DNA of 63,164 nt, counting the filler, from Choristocarpus tenellus KU-1152 (taxonomy: Eukaryota; Protista; Phaeophyceae): the NCBI GenBank assembly GCA_964200185.2. It is 13 parts of 13 records of this genome, joined end to end, with 100 filler letters (N's around TTAATTAATTAA, not from the genome) between each part and the next. Parts side by side here need not be neighbours in the genome. Positions count along the whole stretch, not along the records: positions 51,366 to 55,154 come from CAXNAD020017912.1; positions 55,255 to 60,491 come from CAXNAD020011393.1; positions 60,592 to 63,164 come from CAXNAD020026655.1; 10 more parts are not named here. The stretch is one strand, 5' to 3'. Positions 51,874-63,164 of the stretch are shown in pieces. The translations under genes were made by a program, and so were the position numbers. Position 1 is the stretch's first letter. Each line of letters begins with the position of its first letter. Below the pieces are notes generated by a model that saw only the letters and a list, made by a program, of their open reading frames with translations, was not told the origin of the DNA and did not search any database.

Positions 51874-51983
51874 CACCGTCAATAATAGCATGGTAAGAGC
51901 ATATACTATTATGCCAATCCCTCGGTATCACCGTCAATAATAGCATGTTAAGAGCATACACTATTATGCCAATCCCTTGGTAT
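51874..51983. repeat. 55-bp tandem duplication
   Basis: CACCGTCAATAATAGCATG.TAAGAGCATA.ACTATTATGCCAATCCCT.GGTAT occurs twice. Confidence 0.9.
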
Positions 51984-53346
51984 CCAATTTGTTGTCAAAA
52001 TCTATTACCTGCAGACAAATTGGCATATATATTACTTCCCCGACAGTATGTTATGCGGAGCTGAATCCACAATATTTAGTCGCAACCACCATATTCGAAA
52101 GTAAACATATCACTATATACTACGTATCACTATATACTACGTATCACGAACAAACACTGAAAAAAAAAAATGTCGTGTTATTAAGGTGTTCTGTCTGGTG
52201 CACTCCAGTGAAGGTGGATTGTGATAGAGGTTGGGGGTCCAGGAAGCAGGGGGCACGAGTGGGCAGCAGCAACTACGTCTGAGTTAGGAGGTGGCAGGGA
52301 TATACTCCGGAGTAGGTTTGAGTCAGTCAGGGTAAGGGATGGGCAGGGTAGTACATTGAAGTTACGTCATGCTGTAAAAGCCGCCAATTGCACTATCGGT
52401 GCAAAGAGCAACCTTCCATCGACCTCTCCCTGTTCTTTCTCGATGAGGTACATGGTTTTACCTAAAATCGCTCGATGTTGTAGCAGTAGTGTTCTACCTC
52501 TGTAGCTAATGAGCATGAGAAACAAGAAGCAATGCTTACCAATAGAAGGTCAGGATTTTCTTCCAAAAAAATGGGTTCCAAATCAAGGAAACAGTAACAG
52601 GTAGACTTTAAAAAAAACATGCAGCGTACTACAAACCATGCCTTCATCACACGTAAGCATGGATTCAGTCTACCAAACACGCGCTGTTAACCCACAACAT
52701 TACTAACAAAAAAAAAAATTGGGTGCCACAGAGATTGTGTGTGTGTGTGTGTGCGTGTGCGTGTGCGTGTGCGTGTGTGTGTGTGTGAGAGGAGGAAGCA
52801 GGGGGTCAAAATATCCACAACTCCACACCAAAATGTTCCTCAAACGGCATCACTACTACTGCAAAGTGCCGTGCTATACAGCCTCACCCCTTCCACTATA
52901 CTCAAGCCTGCAATCAAGGTACACTTCAAACCTCAAGTGCCCACGACAAGGGAGTGTAACCCCACCTTAAGCCCCTCAAAAATCGAACAAAATAGCCATC
53001 ATCCAGTCTCGCCCTCTTCAACTTCTACCTGCCAATCCTGGACCTTTCTTTTCCCCTCGGAAAAACCATCAACCATGCCTTGGCCTCTCTGCTTCAACAA
53101 AATGCTGCACACAACCTGTTCTTCTCTTCAAGCCCCTCCCTCACACACACAGTAGCTGGTCGAAAATACCCCCAACTACCATAGGAAAAAAACACCCCCA
53201 AGGACATAGAATGAGATCTTGCCGTTGCATTGGTGCCCTCGCCACAGTCACAATATGAAGTTAGCAATGCAGGGAAAGGCAACAAAACCTGGGAAGATCA
53301 TCTTTCACTACCAAAGCAAAACGGTAGTCTCTACTCTATCTTCTCC

Positions 53347-53905
53347 CTACAGTGCATAGTTCTCCTCCAAGTAGTCTACAATCTCTGAGCTCTCGTACCC
53401 TCTTGCCCCCGTGTTGGGGTCGATAAGGTAAGGGGTCTGTCCGGCACCTGCCATGTCAAACAGCTTCTGGCGCTGGTGAGGTCATCACGGAGTGGGGACA
53501 TCACCATGAAATGAAAAGAATTATGGGGGTGGGAAGGAAGGCCGACAGAGGAGGTGAGGGGAGAGTGAACAGGGCAAAGAGGAGCGCAATAGTATTGAGA
53601 GAGAGAGAGAGAGAGAGACAACAGGGCCATACACCAGCACATAGTTTACAGTTTGCGAAATTGTCAAGCATCAGGCTTCCCTTTAGTTCACTTCACCCTG
53701 TATCCCCCCCCCCACATCTAGTGAGGACAACTGGACATACGCTCCCAGATATCAAACATTCAGAAACAAGGCTTTAGGGTAGGTGTGCATGCGCTTTCTT
53801 GTGCAGGTTTAGGTGTAGGTGTTTGTGTATTACCTTGGGGCTTCCCCTGGCGGCAGATACGAACTTGTGAGGGATCTCCAGCTCACAGAGTTTCTCACGC
53901 ACCAC
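53347..53905 (-). CDS. GST N-terminal/thioredoxin-fold protein, last two exons (53905-53834, 53472-53347)
   Basis: Spliced VVREKLCELEIPHKFVSAARGSPK|RQKLFDMAGAGQTPYLIDPNTGARGYESSEIVDYLEENYAL-stop; VRE.L.ELE, PYL.DPNTG and ES.EIV.YL are hallmarks of the plant/algal GST_N-type thioredoxin family. Confidence 0.85.
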
Positions 53906-54841
53906 CTGCAATGAACAAATAAAAAAACATAGTCCTGTTACTGTAACATAGTCCAGGCAAATATTGCTGTAGTTCAGACAAAACTTATTGCAGCCTCTAC
54001 AAATATTAATGTAATCCAGATTGAACATTATTGTTGCAGTATGATTATTAATACATTTTATTGCTATTACTATCATCACTATACACTCTCCGTCTACCAC
54101 ATAGTCTTGCCCTCTTAATCACCTAGATACTATGACGATTGTGCCTTCATCCTGTTACCTGGCCTGCCCTCCTCACGCTACTGGGTGGGGGTGCTCGCCC
54201 TCTAATCCACAAGGGCAATGGATCCATGGTTGACAGTGCCATACATAACAAAAGCACACAAGCAAATGACAGGAACACTTGACCGGAACAATTGACAGCA
54301 CAATACCCCCCCCCATCTCCTCCGTCACACCTGTACTTTACACCTCCCCTTATCAACCTATCCATATTTTAGGTCCACTACTCACATCAAAAGCAGGACA
54401 ATATATACATATAATTATATATATATATATAGGAGTGCATTATCAATAACACAAAAGATGAGTAGGCTATGTTTCAACACGGTCCAGACCTTCCTACACT
54501 CTTCAGAATACAACTCATCTTACGTAAAAAAAAATCTGAGGAATCCAATGCAAAAATCGGTGTTTTTGAAAATCGGAGGTCATCCGGAAGAGGTACATGG
54601 ATAAAGGCACAGACTTATGGGACAGAGGGAGTACATACATACATACATACATATATATATCTGTTCCTAGCTGTGGGGAAAGGGACAGAGTTGTCTGCAA
54701 CGCCAGTTTGAACAACAACAAAAAAAGAAGAAAAGGGGGCATATGAGTCAAGGAGGAAAAAATAATAATAAACAAAAGAAACGAGAAATTAAATCGCAAA
54801 ATTCCGCTTCTTCCACCCCCTCGCCGCACGTAACTCTACTT

Positions 54842-54890
54842 CCAAACTTAGAAAAAGAAGGGTCTTCCAAACTTAGAAAAAGAAGGGTCT
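54842..54890. repeat. 25-bp direct duplication
   Basis: CCAAACTTAGAAAAAGAAGGGTCT occurs twice. Confidence 0.9.
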
Positions 54891-56094
54891 CCCTGAACGA
54901 AATGTCCGACCTACATTCACCTGTCGGAGGGTCGTTTCACACGACAGGTTCGACCTTCGTCTGCAAAAGGGTATCCAAGCGCACACAATGTATATACACA
55001 CGCAGTCATTGCAAACGCAAGACACCTGATGCACGCCTTCCATCAATCTCAGGAAACAAGACATACGTATGTATTATGTGTTAAGCAAACACACGGACCA
55101 CCCCCCACTCCCCCCGGCTAATTGCACTGCACTTGTACAAAAAAAAAAGGGAGGNNNNNNNNNNNNNNNNNNNNNNNNNNNNNNNNNNNNNNNNNNNNTT
55201 AATTAATTAANNNNNNNNNNNNNNNNNNNNNNNNNNNNNNNNNNNNNNNNNNNNGCGGCTGTCCATTCGGGGCCTACTTGCACACTTCTGAAAAAAAAAG
55301 TACCCACAAAGCACACTCCAAAAACATGCACCACCAGAAAGTCAGAGAGGTCCTTAAGAACTCAACAACAGCCTCCTTTCAGTAAAATTTACTGGCTCTA
55401 TATGTTGACTGGCTCTACGCACTGGCTACAATGAGAAAGAACAGTAATGGGCGTTTTGTCCCACATTTCTCTCTCCATACATTATGGCAGGATAGAGCAC
55501 ACGCTCTAACATCTCATCGCCTCTTATCTCAACTCAAACCAAGCACAAAAGAGGACCCGATGAGCTTTTTCTTCTACAGGCAGAGCATAGACTGGAGTCT
55601 GACCAACAACAGTAACACCCCAATTTCTCCCATTCCAAAAAAAAAAACACTCCAATTTCTTCCTAGTCCTTGTTGCTCAACCATAACTCAGTTAAAAAGC
55701 ATTAACTACTGGTCCCTTCTTTTTCAACATGTTCTAGGCACACATACTCTCTGGGGCACTCAACTCCGGCGGCAAATGCAATAAAAAAGTTAATACAGGC
55801 ATTTGAAAAAAATACTTCCTCACACGACCCCGTTAAATTTCAAAACACTAAAGACCTCCTCCCATGTTTGCTGCTCTTCACCAAACCACCTACCCTCAAC
55901 AAGCCAACAAACAACGGTTCACATTATCAAGGAGATTCTTCACCTCCCCTATCCAATCCTTGCATACCAGTGAAGTCAATAATGCTTACACTTTTAAATA
56001 AAAGACAGACACAGACACAGACACACAGACACACACACACCTCTGTGATGACCAAGCCCTCTTTACCTCCCTACCCTGAAAAGCAAAGGTCAAC

Positions 56095-58016
56095 CTCCCT
56101 GATCGCTGCTGCCCCTGCTGCTCCCCTTGGTCCTCCCCCCCCCCCTCGTCAATTTCTTCCCTGCGACCATGACTCCGCCTCTGGAGCTGGTTCTGCCCCT
56201 GTCCCATCCCTCTTCCCTGACCCCTCCCCTGCCCCAAAACCACTGTGTCCTCTTCACTATCTTGGTCGCTGTCCTCATCTGCAACATAATAACCTATCAC
56301 CAAACACCACAAACCAAGGAACAAAAGAAAATAACCACAACAGAAATAACAGTAACAATAATAATAATAAATTTATTTATTTTAAATAGTCTGCAAACGT
56401 GTCAGTAACATTTGATCCAACAGGACGCGCTTCCCCTGCATTTTTTTTTCTTTTCTTTAAAAAAAATAATCTTCACAACATCAAAGATGCTACAACTACA
56501 TTAGGTACAACTCTTCACTATGAACTGCAGCTGAGCATATAATCCAGTCACCACAGAGTAAGGCCGGCATCTGCACCTTACACATATCTTGCTTACTGCA
56601 CCATTCCCACAGCTACTTACACACTTCCGCCCTACATGTCTCCCTGAGGTAGGAACTAACCCTAACCCTAACCATCAATTTGGACCGCAATTTTACCAAG
56701 CACAGTACCTCTATCCTCTTGTTGAAGCAAAGAAAAAAAGAGAGCAACCCATCCATTTCTAGTCTTACACATCATAATTTATTACCCTTGTGAATTCCAA
56801 TTCCGATAATGTTGCAACAAAATCAATGTTCTTTTTTTTTATTATTAAAGAGAAAAATAGAACCATTTTTTTCACAGTCGGAGCCGCTGAACAATTCCGA
56901 AACTTCCTGCCTTTCCCTGTCTTGGAATATCGACTATAGGCAGAGGAGCATTATAAAAATTCATCCCTTTAATACAAACGATTTTTTGTTAAGAAGTTCC
57001 ACACAAAACACACCGTGAAGATGTAATTTTGGTCTTAGTCGTATACCTTCTGAAACATTTCACAACCAAGCTTTACCAACACACCCATCAAGAGGCTCAC
57101 CTACATCATGAGAAAGTGCCTGACTCTGATATTAAAAGGAATTATTCACACCATTGCAACAACTGTCCCACCACTACATAGTCAGAACGATCTCTTACGT
57201 ATACTCCAATTCATATGCACAGACCTTCCATAGTCAGAGGGGTTGGTTTTGGGATTAAAAACTGGGTGATACTGCCAGCATCTCCCAACTCTACAGTGTC
57301 CTTCAGGTCTCAATTAGAATATGAGAGGTACCTATCTCTACCTTTCCTAAAGGGGGATGGGTTAAACACAACTTCAGTGTAGTTGATGTTGAATTGCAAG
57401 TGCCTCATGGTTGTGACCCTTCTCACAGCAGGGTGTACAGCAGCTAGCAGCTATTTAGGGTGAGAGCTTTTTTGGAGTACACCCCTTCCATACCCTCCGT
57501 CACATGCTTTCTCCATTTCTACAACACAACCAACCCTCAGCAATGGTGTTGGGCTGTTTATTCAGTCACAAATATGGCTGTTTGGTGACAGCTACAAGTA
57601 TTCTACCAATAGCTGCTATAATATACAGTACATATTGTTTGCCTCACTCACCTCCTTCCTTGAGATTTGTCACAAGGTTTGAAACGTCAGACCCATCTAG
57701 GCCAATAAGTGGTGAAGAGGTGTGACTGTTCAGTCGGGAAGGGTGTGTCTTGCCCCAGTTTGTTCCCTGCAGTGTAAACAAATAGTTCAACAAACAACAG
57801 TGATGAGGAAGAGGTTCCACAGGGTCGGCTCTGGGACAGAGATTAACAAGCACATACACTGTGAACAAAATAACAGCTTTTCCGTAACCTCTCCATTTTC
57901 TGTAACATGGAATGAAGTGTCAAGAATTGTATTGAAAACCCCATGTGAGGAGGAAATAAAAAATGTGTAAGAAAAATATGATTGATGATGATTCCCTCAT
58001 TCCTCCTCTAACACAG

Positions 58017-58048
<32 letters not shown>

Positions 58049-58736
58049 ATCAGTTTCCTCTACCACCCCCCCAAACACAANNNNNNNNNCCTCCCTGCAT
58101 GTATGCATAGTATGCCACTCTAAACGAATCCTGGAACATACACAACTGCCCTTGAGAATCACAAACACCTTCCAATTTATTAGAATAAAACCACAGTACA
58201 ATCTTGTATTATGGTGCAACACAAAGAGTGGCACAGCATCATGTCTTTCGAATAAGCTTTAAGTATGCTAAATCCATTCAGAACAGGTAGAAGTCTTTCC
58301 CACATCATAGAAATACCTACTTCGACAGCAGGAAGGCGTGTCTGGGAAGGTGATATTGGATTCCTTGTGAATAATGAGGTAGGAAGTAAGACCGTTACAT
58401 TCCCACATCCCATCCACTGTAACGCTTGTGGGGGGAGAGCAAAACGTCTCATTATTCAACCCTCCATGAGGAAGGATGGAAGGCGTTATCCACATCGTGT
58501 ACTCATTCTGTTATCTGTACATTCCATTTTTTATTCATTCTTTTTGTGCTATAAATAGTCACCCACAACATAACTCTCCAGGGTCGTGGCCAACTGAGGA
58601 ATACTGCTATCTTTTTCTGAATAGGAATACTACTATCCTAGAACGCCTTCTACAAAAACTTGAAAATATAAAAAGAACACGCATGATTTATTTTTTTTCT
58701 CAAAAGACGTAGACAACACAAAAAATAACACAAAAT

Positions 58737-58769
<33 letters not shown>

Positions 58770-60430
58770 TCAATCTCATCAACCAACCTTCAAATTTCTC
58801 ACTGCTAATGGATTCCCCGTAGACGGCACCAAACCAAGAGACAGACCCTGATCCATGGTACGGCCTTGTGTGATGCCCACCTCCCGACCCATCAAACGAA
58901 TCCATCTTTCTTAGCACCTCAAGGTGCTGCTCAGCAAGAGAATTGCCCAGGCCATCCAGCGATCTTCCCCTGATTCTACCACCATCCTTCAAAGTCAAAT
59001 AGAAATCGATGACAACAGGGATTCATGAATTTGACTGATGGGCTGATGCACAATTTTGACTCGGATGGGGGGGGGGGGTAGGGCAAGGAAGCCCCACATA
59101 TGTGAACAATACAAGTAGATGTGCAATGAAAAACGTACATTTTTTGCTTTGCTATTCCTCAATGCCAACACCGCATCAGTTGGAAACCCACACGACAGTA
59201 GCAATACCCCTTGAAGGAGAGTGTATTTATTGGAAAATTGTGTGTGGTATGCTTTATCAGGGTATGTTTCCTGCTGCACACCTCGAGTGACCAAGACAAC
59301 AACATTGGACATGCATACTTTTCTCGGAAATGTTCGGTGTGACATGGATGATAATCATACATAAAACTCCAGAGAACAGGTACACCCTCCGCCGGATGAC
59401 TCTGTAGATACGTAGATACAAACTTTAACAACAACTTCTACCTGCTGGGCCTACCAGATGTATACTTAGCATTAGACTATTATCAGCATTCTCTTGACGT
59501 AAAGCAGCCAAAATCTGTAACTATCATCACAGCACCCTCACACCCCTTCCACCTGTATGTCACCCCATACCACCCTCCTTTCCTTCCATCTTCACAGGGC
59601 AGTATTAAAAATTTAAGCATACAGCCCAACAGGCACGCAGGCAGGTAGGCAGGCAGGCAACTGATCCAAAACTTTCCCACTCACTCCCAACTTGGAAATT
59701 GCCCCTGGGTGGAGTGGTACAATGCCTATACATTTACCCCTCGAACGGTACAACCAATTCTACCGACAGTTATATCACCGACAGTTCCCAATTATTAATA
59801 GTCATACCATACCACTGACTGGACCTACAACGCTAATCAAAATGCCGCTACACACTAAGAAACTGAAGAGACACAACAAAATATATACATACATACACTA
59901 TTATATCTCTTCAATCTCAATTAGATGGTTCTATCCATTTTCTTATTTCTCTTACTAAAAAAAAAATTACACATTCCTTGAATTCACCGCTGAGTGATTC
60001 AGACCCCTACAATAACCACAACAGGCAGTCAGCCAACCAGCCAATCTACTCCACCCCCCCCCCAAAAAAACAACAACAAATGAATGTTCTGCTTTTCACC
60101 AGAAAAACGCCTTCCCCTCAACCCGTTCGACGTTATCCTACCATTAGATCCCACATAGTAAGAACAGGTGGTCCTCTCCCCAAGCTTTCCCAGGTGTTCC
60201 CATCGCAGCCATCCTGCATCCCACACACAGATCGAGGGCTGTCCACAAAGCAATCCACATGGTCATCCAATTCTCCATCAACCCCCCTGACCCCCACAGT
60301 ACCCTTGGTACAAGCCCCTGGTCCGGTCCCATTGGAAGTCCTGTTTCTGTTACCACTCCCCCCACTCCCAAGCTCCAGCTGAAGGTTATGAATAGGGTCA
60401 TCATCCTTCCTCCCTCCACTGTTCTCCATC
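56095..60430 (-). CDS. Internal exons of an unknown Gly-rich protein (60430-60142, 58986-58788, 56278-~56095)
   Basis: AG/GT-bounded, phase-compatible open segments (..PPVLTMWDLM|DGGRIRG..SEKFE|DEDSDQDSEED..); no family recognised. Confidence 0.5.
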
Positions 60431-62660
60431 CTGTGTAGTTGAAGAGAGGTTGAAGTACGTGCAGGGGGGGGGGGAGAAGGGGGTATCGAGGNNNNNNNNN
60501 NNNNNNNNNNNNNNNNNNNNNNNNNNNNNNNNNNNTTAATTAATTAANNNNNNNNNNNNNNNNNNNNNNNNNNNNNNNNNNNNNNNNNNNNCCCCCCTCC
60601 CAGATACTTTGGGTCGTTTTCGATCGTCAACCATCCTCATAGCCCCGCTCCTTCCTCAATTCTCCAAGTGTGCTGTTAATGGCAAAGCATTATTGGCTCA
60701 GGCAAACCGAAAAAAATGCATATACAAGTTTCAACACACGTTTCAAAAGAAACAGGGAGTGAATGTGCGCCTTCTGTATAGATAGAGGGCCGCTTATCTA
60801 CTGGGTTTTTGTCAGTGCCTGCAGGTGGTGAAAAATGAGATATCTAACTCAACTTGCCTGTGGGTCCTTGATACCCTGCTCCCAATATTCCAGTTGTGGT
60901 TTGTAACATTTTAGAGAAAAGTGAGGGGAAAGGCGCTCTTGTGATGAGAACGACTGTCTATACAGCATATGAAACTAACAGTCCTAAATTAGGGAAAGCA
61001 AGGGAAAATCGCAAACAAAAGTGTACCTACCATTACATGTCGATATAGATCATAGTTTTATGGTGTTTTTATTAAAAACATAGGCTACTCATTCAATTTG
61101 CTTTGATATGATGCAGCATCGTCAGTCCGTACTGAACGTTGATTTGTCCATTGCAATGGTCGCTATTCTCATTTTCATTATTAGCTCATTAGCACATCGT
61201 CACAACTCACCCAGAAGATCACAGTATTCAGGAGGTATAGGAACAGTCGCTTAACTATCACTCATACAGGCATACTATGTGTAACAGCAGTTACGTTAGA
61301 TATGGATTCAAGCGTAGCTTCTTTTTCACACAAGTTATCAGTTGCATAGCATGTGTTGATTCTTATATTTTGCTTGACTGGCATTCCCCACCGTAGGACA
61401 TCCTGTTCACTCTGTAACACGTATAAGACACACACCGGGATGCAATATAAACAGAGTTAAAACCATCCTCCTAAACCCTTCTCTACCAAGGTTACAACCC
61501 TCTTCACAGAGGATGGATTTCTTCATTTGAGCGCCTCAATGAATGAACACACAGTTCCTATCCATCACCGTCTGCTTGAGTAATATATGCCACAGACATA
61601 CCAGTATCCATTTCACTCCCAAGCAAAGTCTGACTGAGTAAGAGAAACCTCCAGACGCACCAAACCGAACCCGCAGGTGTCTTGTTGCACTTTGACACAC
61701 ACTTGCCTCTAAACGTGTTAATCACAGCACAGCCAAACATACCTTTAAATCGAACACTGTCTGACTGAATACAACATGTCATCAGACCTACCAGAACAAA
61801 TTAATCAGTGCTTTGTTGCGCTATGACCTCCTTCGTCTCAAACCAGACACATCACAACAACACACAACTCATACGAAATGAGGTTATGCAATGAGGTCAC
61901 ATGCACATCTACTTTTCTTACATAAATATTTTTTCAGAAGTAATTCCTTCAACACTTCAGTCAACACCACAAGCTTCCCCTTTGCTTTGGTCTCCATAGC
62001 ATAGTTACTCACTGCATGAAAGGTTCAGAATGGCATCTACTTGATGAATTTTGCAGCAGCGAGATCCGGCTATTTCCCATAGGCGGCACAAGTCTGAACT
62101 CATCAAGCATCTTCTCAATTGCCTGGTCGTGTGGACAAGAGGGTTAGCACAGGAGACCTCTTATCGTGAGTGCTGTTATGGCCTTGACATAAATGCATTG
62201 GTATTTAGGAAGGCATTGACAAGGAAGAGGAAATACAAAGGAATTAGAGACTTCCTCTGTTCTGATATAACATCACTTTTGCAGCTATGATGAATAAGCA
62301 AGATTTTTTTATATTTTCATGTTCATATATATGTTCATATTTTATCGGTATATTATGCAGACACCAGAAGGTTGCCTACCAAACTCTCAGGCAAAATGGG
62401 ACAGCCTACACCTATCTATGATTCCACCCCTGATTGGAAGTACGTGGGGGTGAGTGATGGGTGGTGAGCAAGGGTGTTGTTGTTGTCCTCGGTATTCTCG
62501 ATCAGGGTGCGGAGGTGTGATGTGGTAGGAACACCAAGCGTAAGGGAGTGTGGCAGGGGCGTGGGATGGTGTTGAGATGGTGGCGTAGGATGGTGGTTGA
62601 GTGGGGACAGAGGGACGGTTGGGTCATTGGCGCAAGTGATGACCAGGTTGGTGACAGTAG

Positions 62661-63079
62661 TGTTACAGGCGAATAGTGCGAACATTTCTTTCTGGGTGTC
62701 AAAATGCATGAACATTATACATACGTAAGAATTCATAAAAGAGGAACCTTTGAATTGATAGAAGATGCAGATTAAGATTCGAAATGCATACATAACCTTA
62801 CAGAATAGATGTCAACTCCTGAAAGTTGCAGAATAAAGATTTATGATTGAAGTATTTACACAGTAGTTTACAGACGTCATTTAACTCTTTGGATGTAGAA
62901 AAACGGCGAATGATGTTAATAAAAGGCTGAGTTGTTGACCACACGATGATTCATTTCTTTGATCCTTACCCTCTGTTGATAAAGCGAAAATCGAGACATC
63001 GACTGAGCTAAGCATCAACTGATACCATACATGATCATCATCTGTGGATCCCCGCGTATCGTCATTTTAAGGTTGTTGG
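62661..63079. mobile_element. Second, diverged copy of the solo-LTR-like element
   Basis: TGTTACAGGCGAATAGTGCGAACATTTCTT start; colinear similarity with 17476-17860 (ACCTTACA, GAGCTAAGCA, GTATCGTC..GTTGGA). Confidence 0.75.
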
Positions 63080-63164
63080 AGCTCAAAGTATCCGGAAGGG
63101 CATGGCGGCTGTCCTTTGGGGTCAATTTTTTCATGTCGCGATTTTTGAGTGATTTGGTTGCATA
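63080..63164 (+). mobile_element. MITE family B inserted in the LTR, cut by the window end
   Basis: AGCTCAAAGTATCC..GGCGGCTGTCCTTTGGGGTCAATTTTTTCATGTCGCG matches family B. Confidence 0.88.

Noticed and set aside
54921-54960. Possible upstream exon of the GST-N gene
   Set aside because: Does not encode the expected YExSPFC motif, and its phase does not match the next exon.
58788-58986. CobW C-terminal-like look (His-rich then SVS..KFEGWL)
   Set aside because: The GWL part lies past a splice donor, and no downstream RxKG motif was found.

Overview
Eukaryotic DNA, not one locus: about 13 short contigs are joined by artificial N..TTAATTAATTAA..N linkers, so adjacency across linkers carries no information. 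GT-AG multi-exon genes, a flagellar CFAP44-like gene and a signal-peptide+Phe presequence suggest a flagellate-stage photosynthetic stramenopile such as a brown alga (inference). Genes reconstructed by hand: CFAP44 C-terminal exons, a complete two-exon LYR+SAM gene head-to-head with a TRAIP-like RING-H2/coiled-coil gene, a putative plastid protein head-to-head with a calpain-like gene lacking the catalytic Cys, the 3' end of a GST-N/thioredoxin-fold gene, and fragments of unknown genes. Mobile DNA is abundant: about 20 copies or fragments of three related MITE families with 4-bp TSDs, a decayed intron-containing Sola-type DDD transposase, a CRE-clade non-LTR retrotransposon carrying nested insertions, solo-LTR-like elements and several minisatellites. 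The most notable signal is that the MITE ends are bipartite and asymmetric: a GTCCATTTGG box sits about 31 bp from one end and about 41 bp from the other, one helical turn apart, in two families with unrelated interiors. This resembles the 12/23 rule in an element that is not Transib. All family assignments come from motif recognition, with no database searches.
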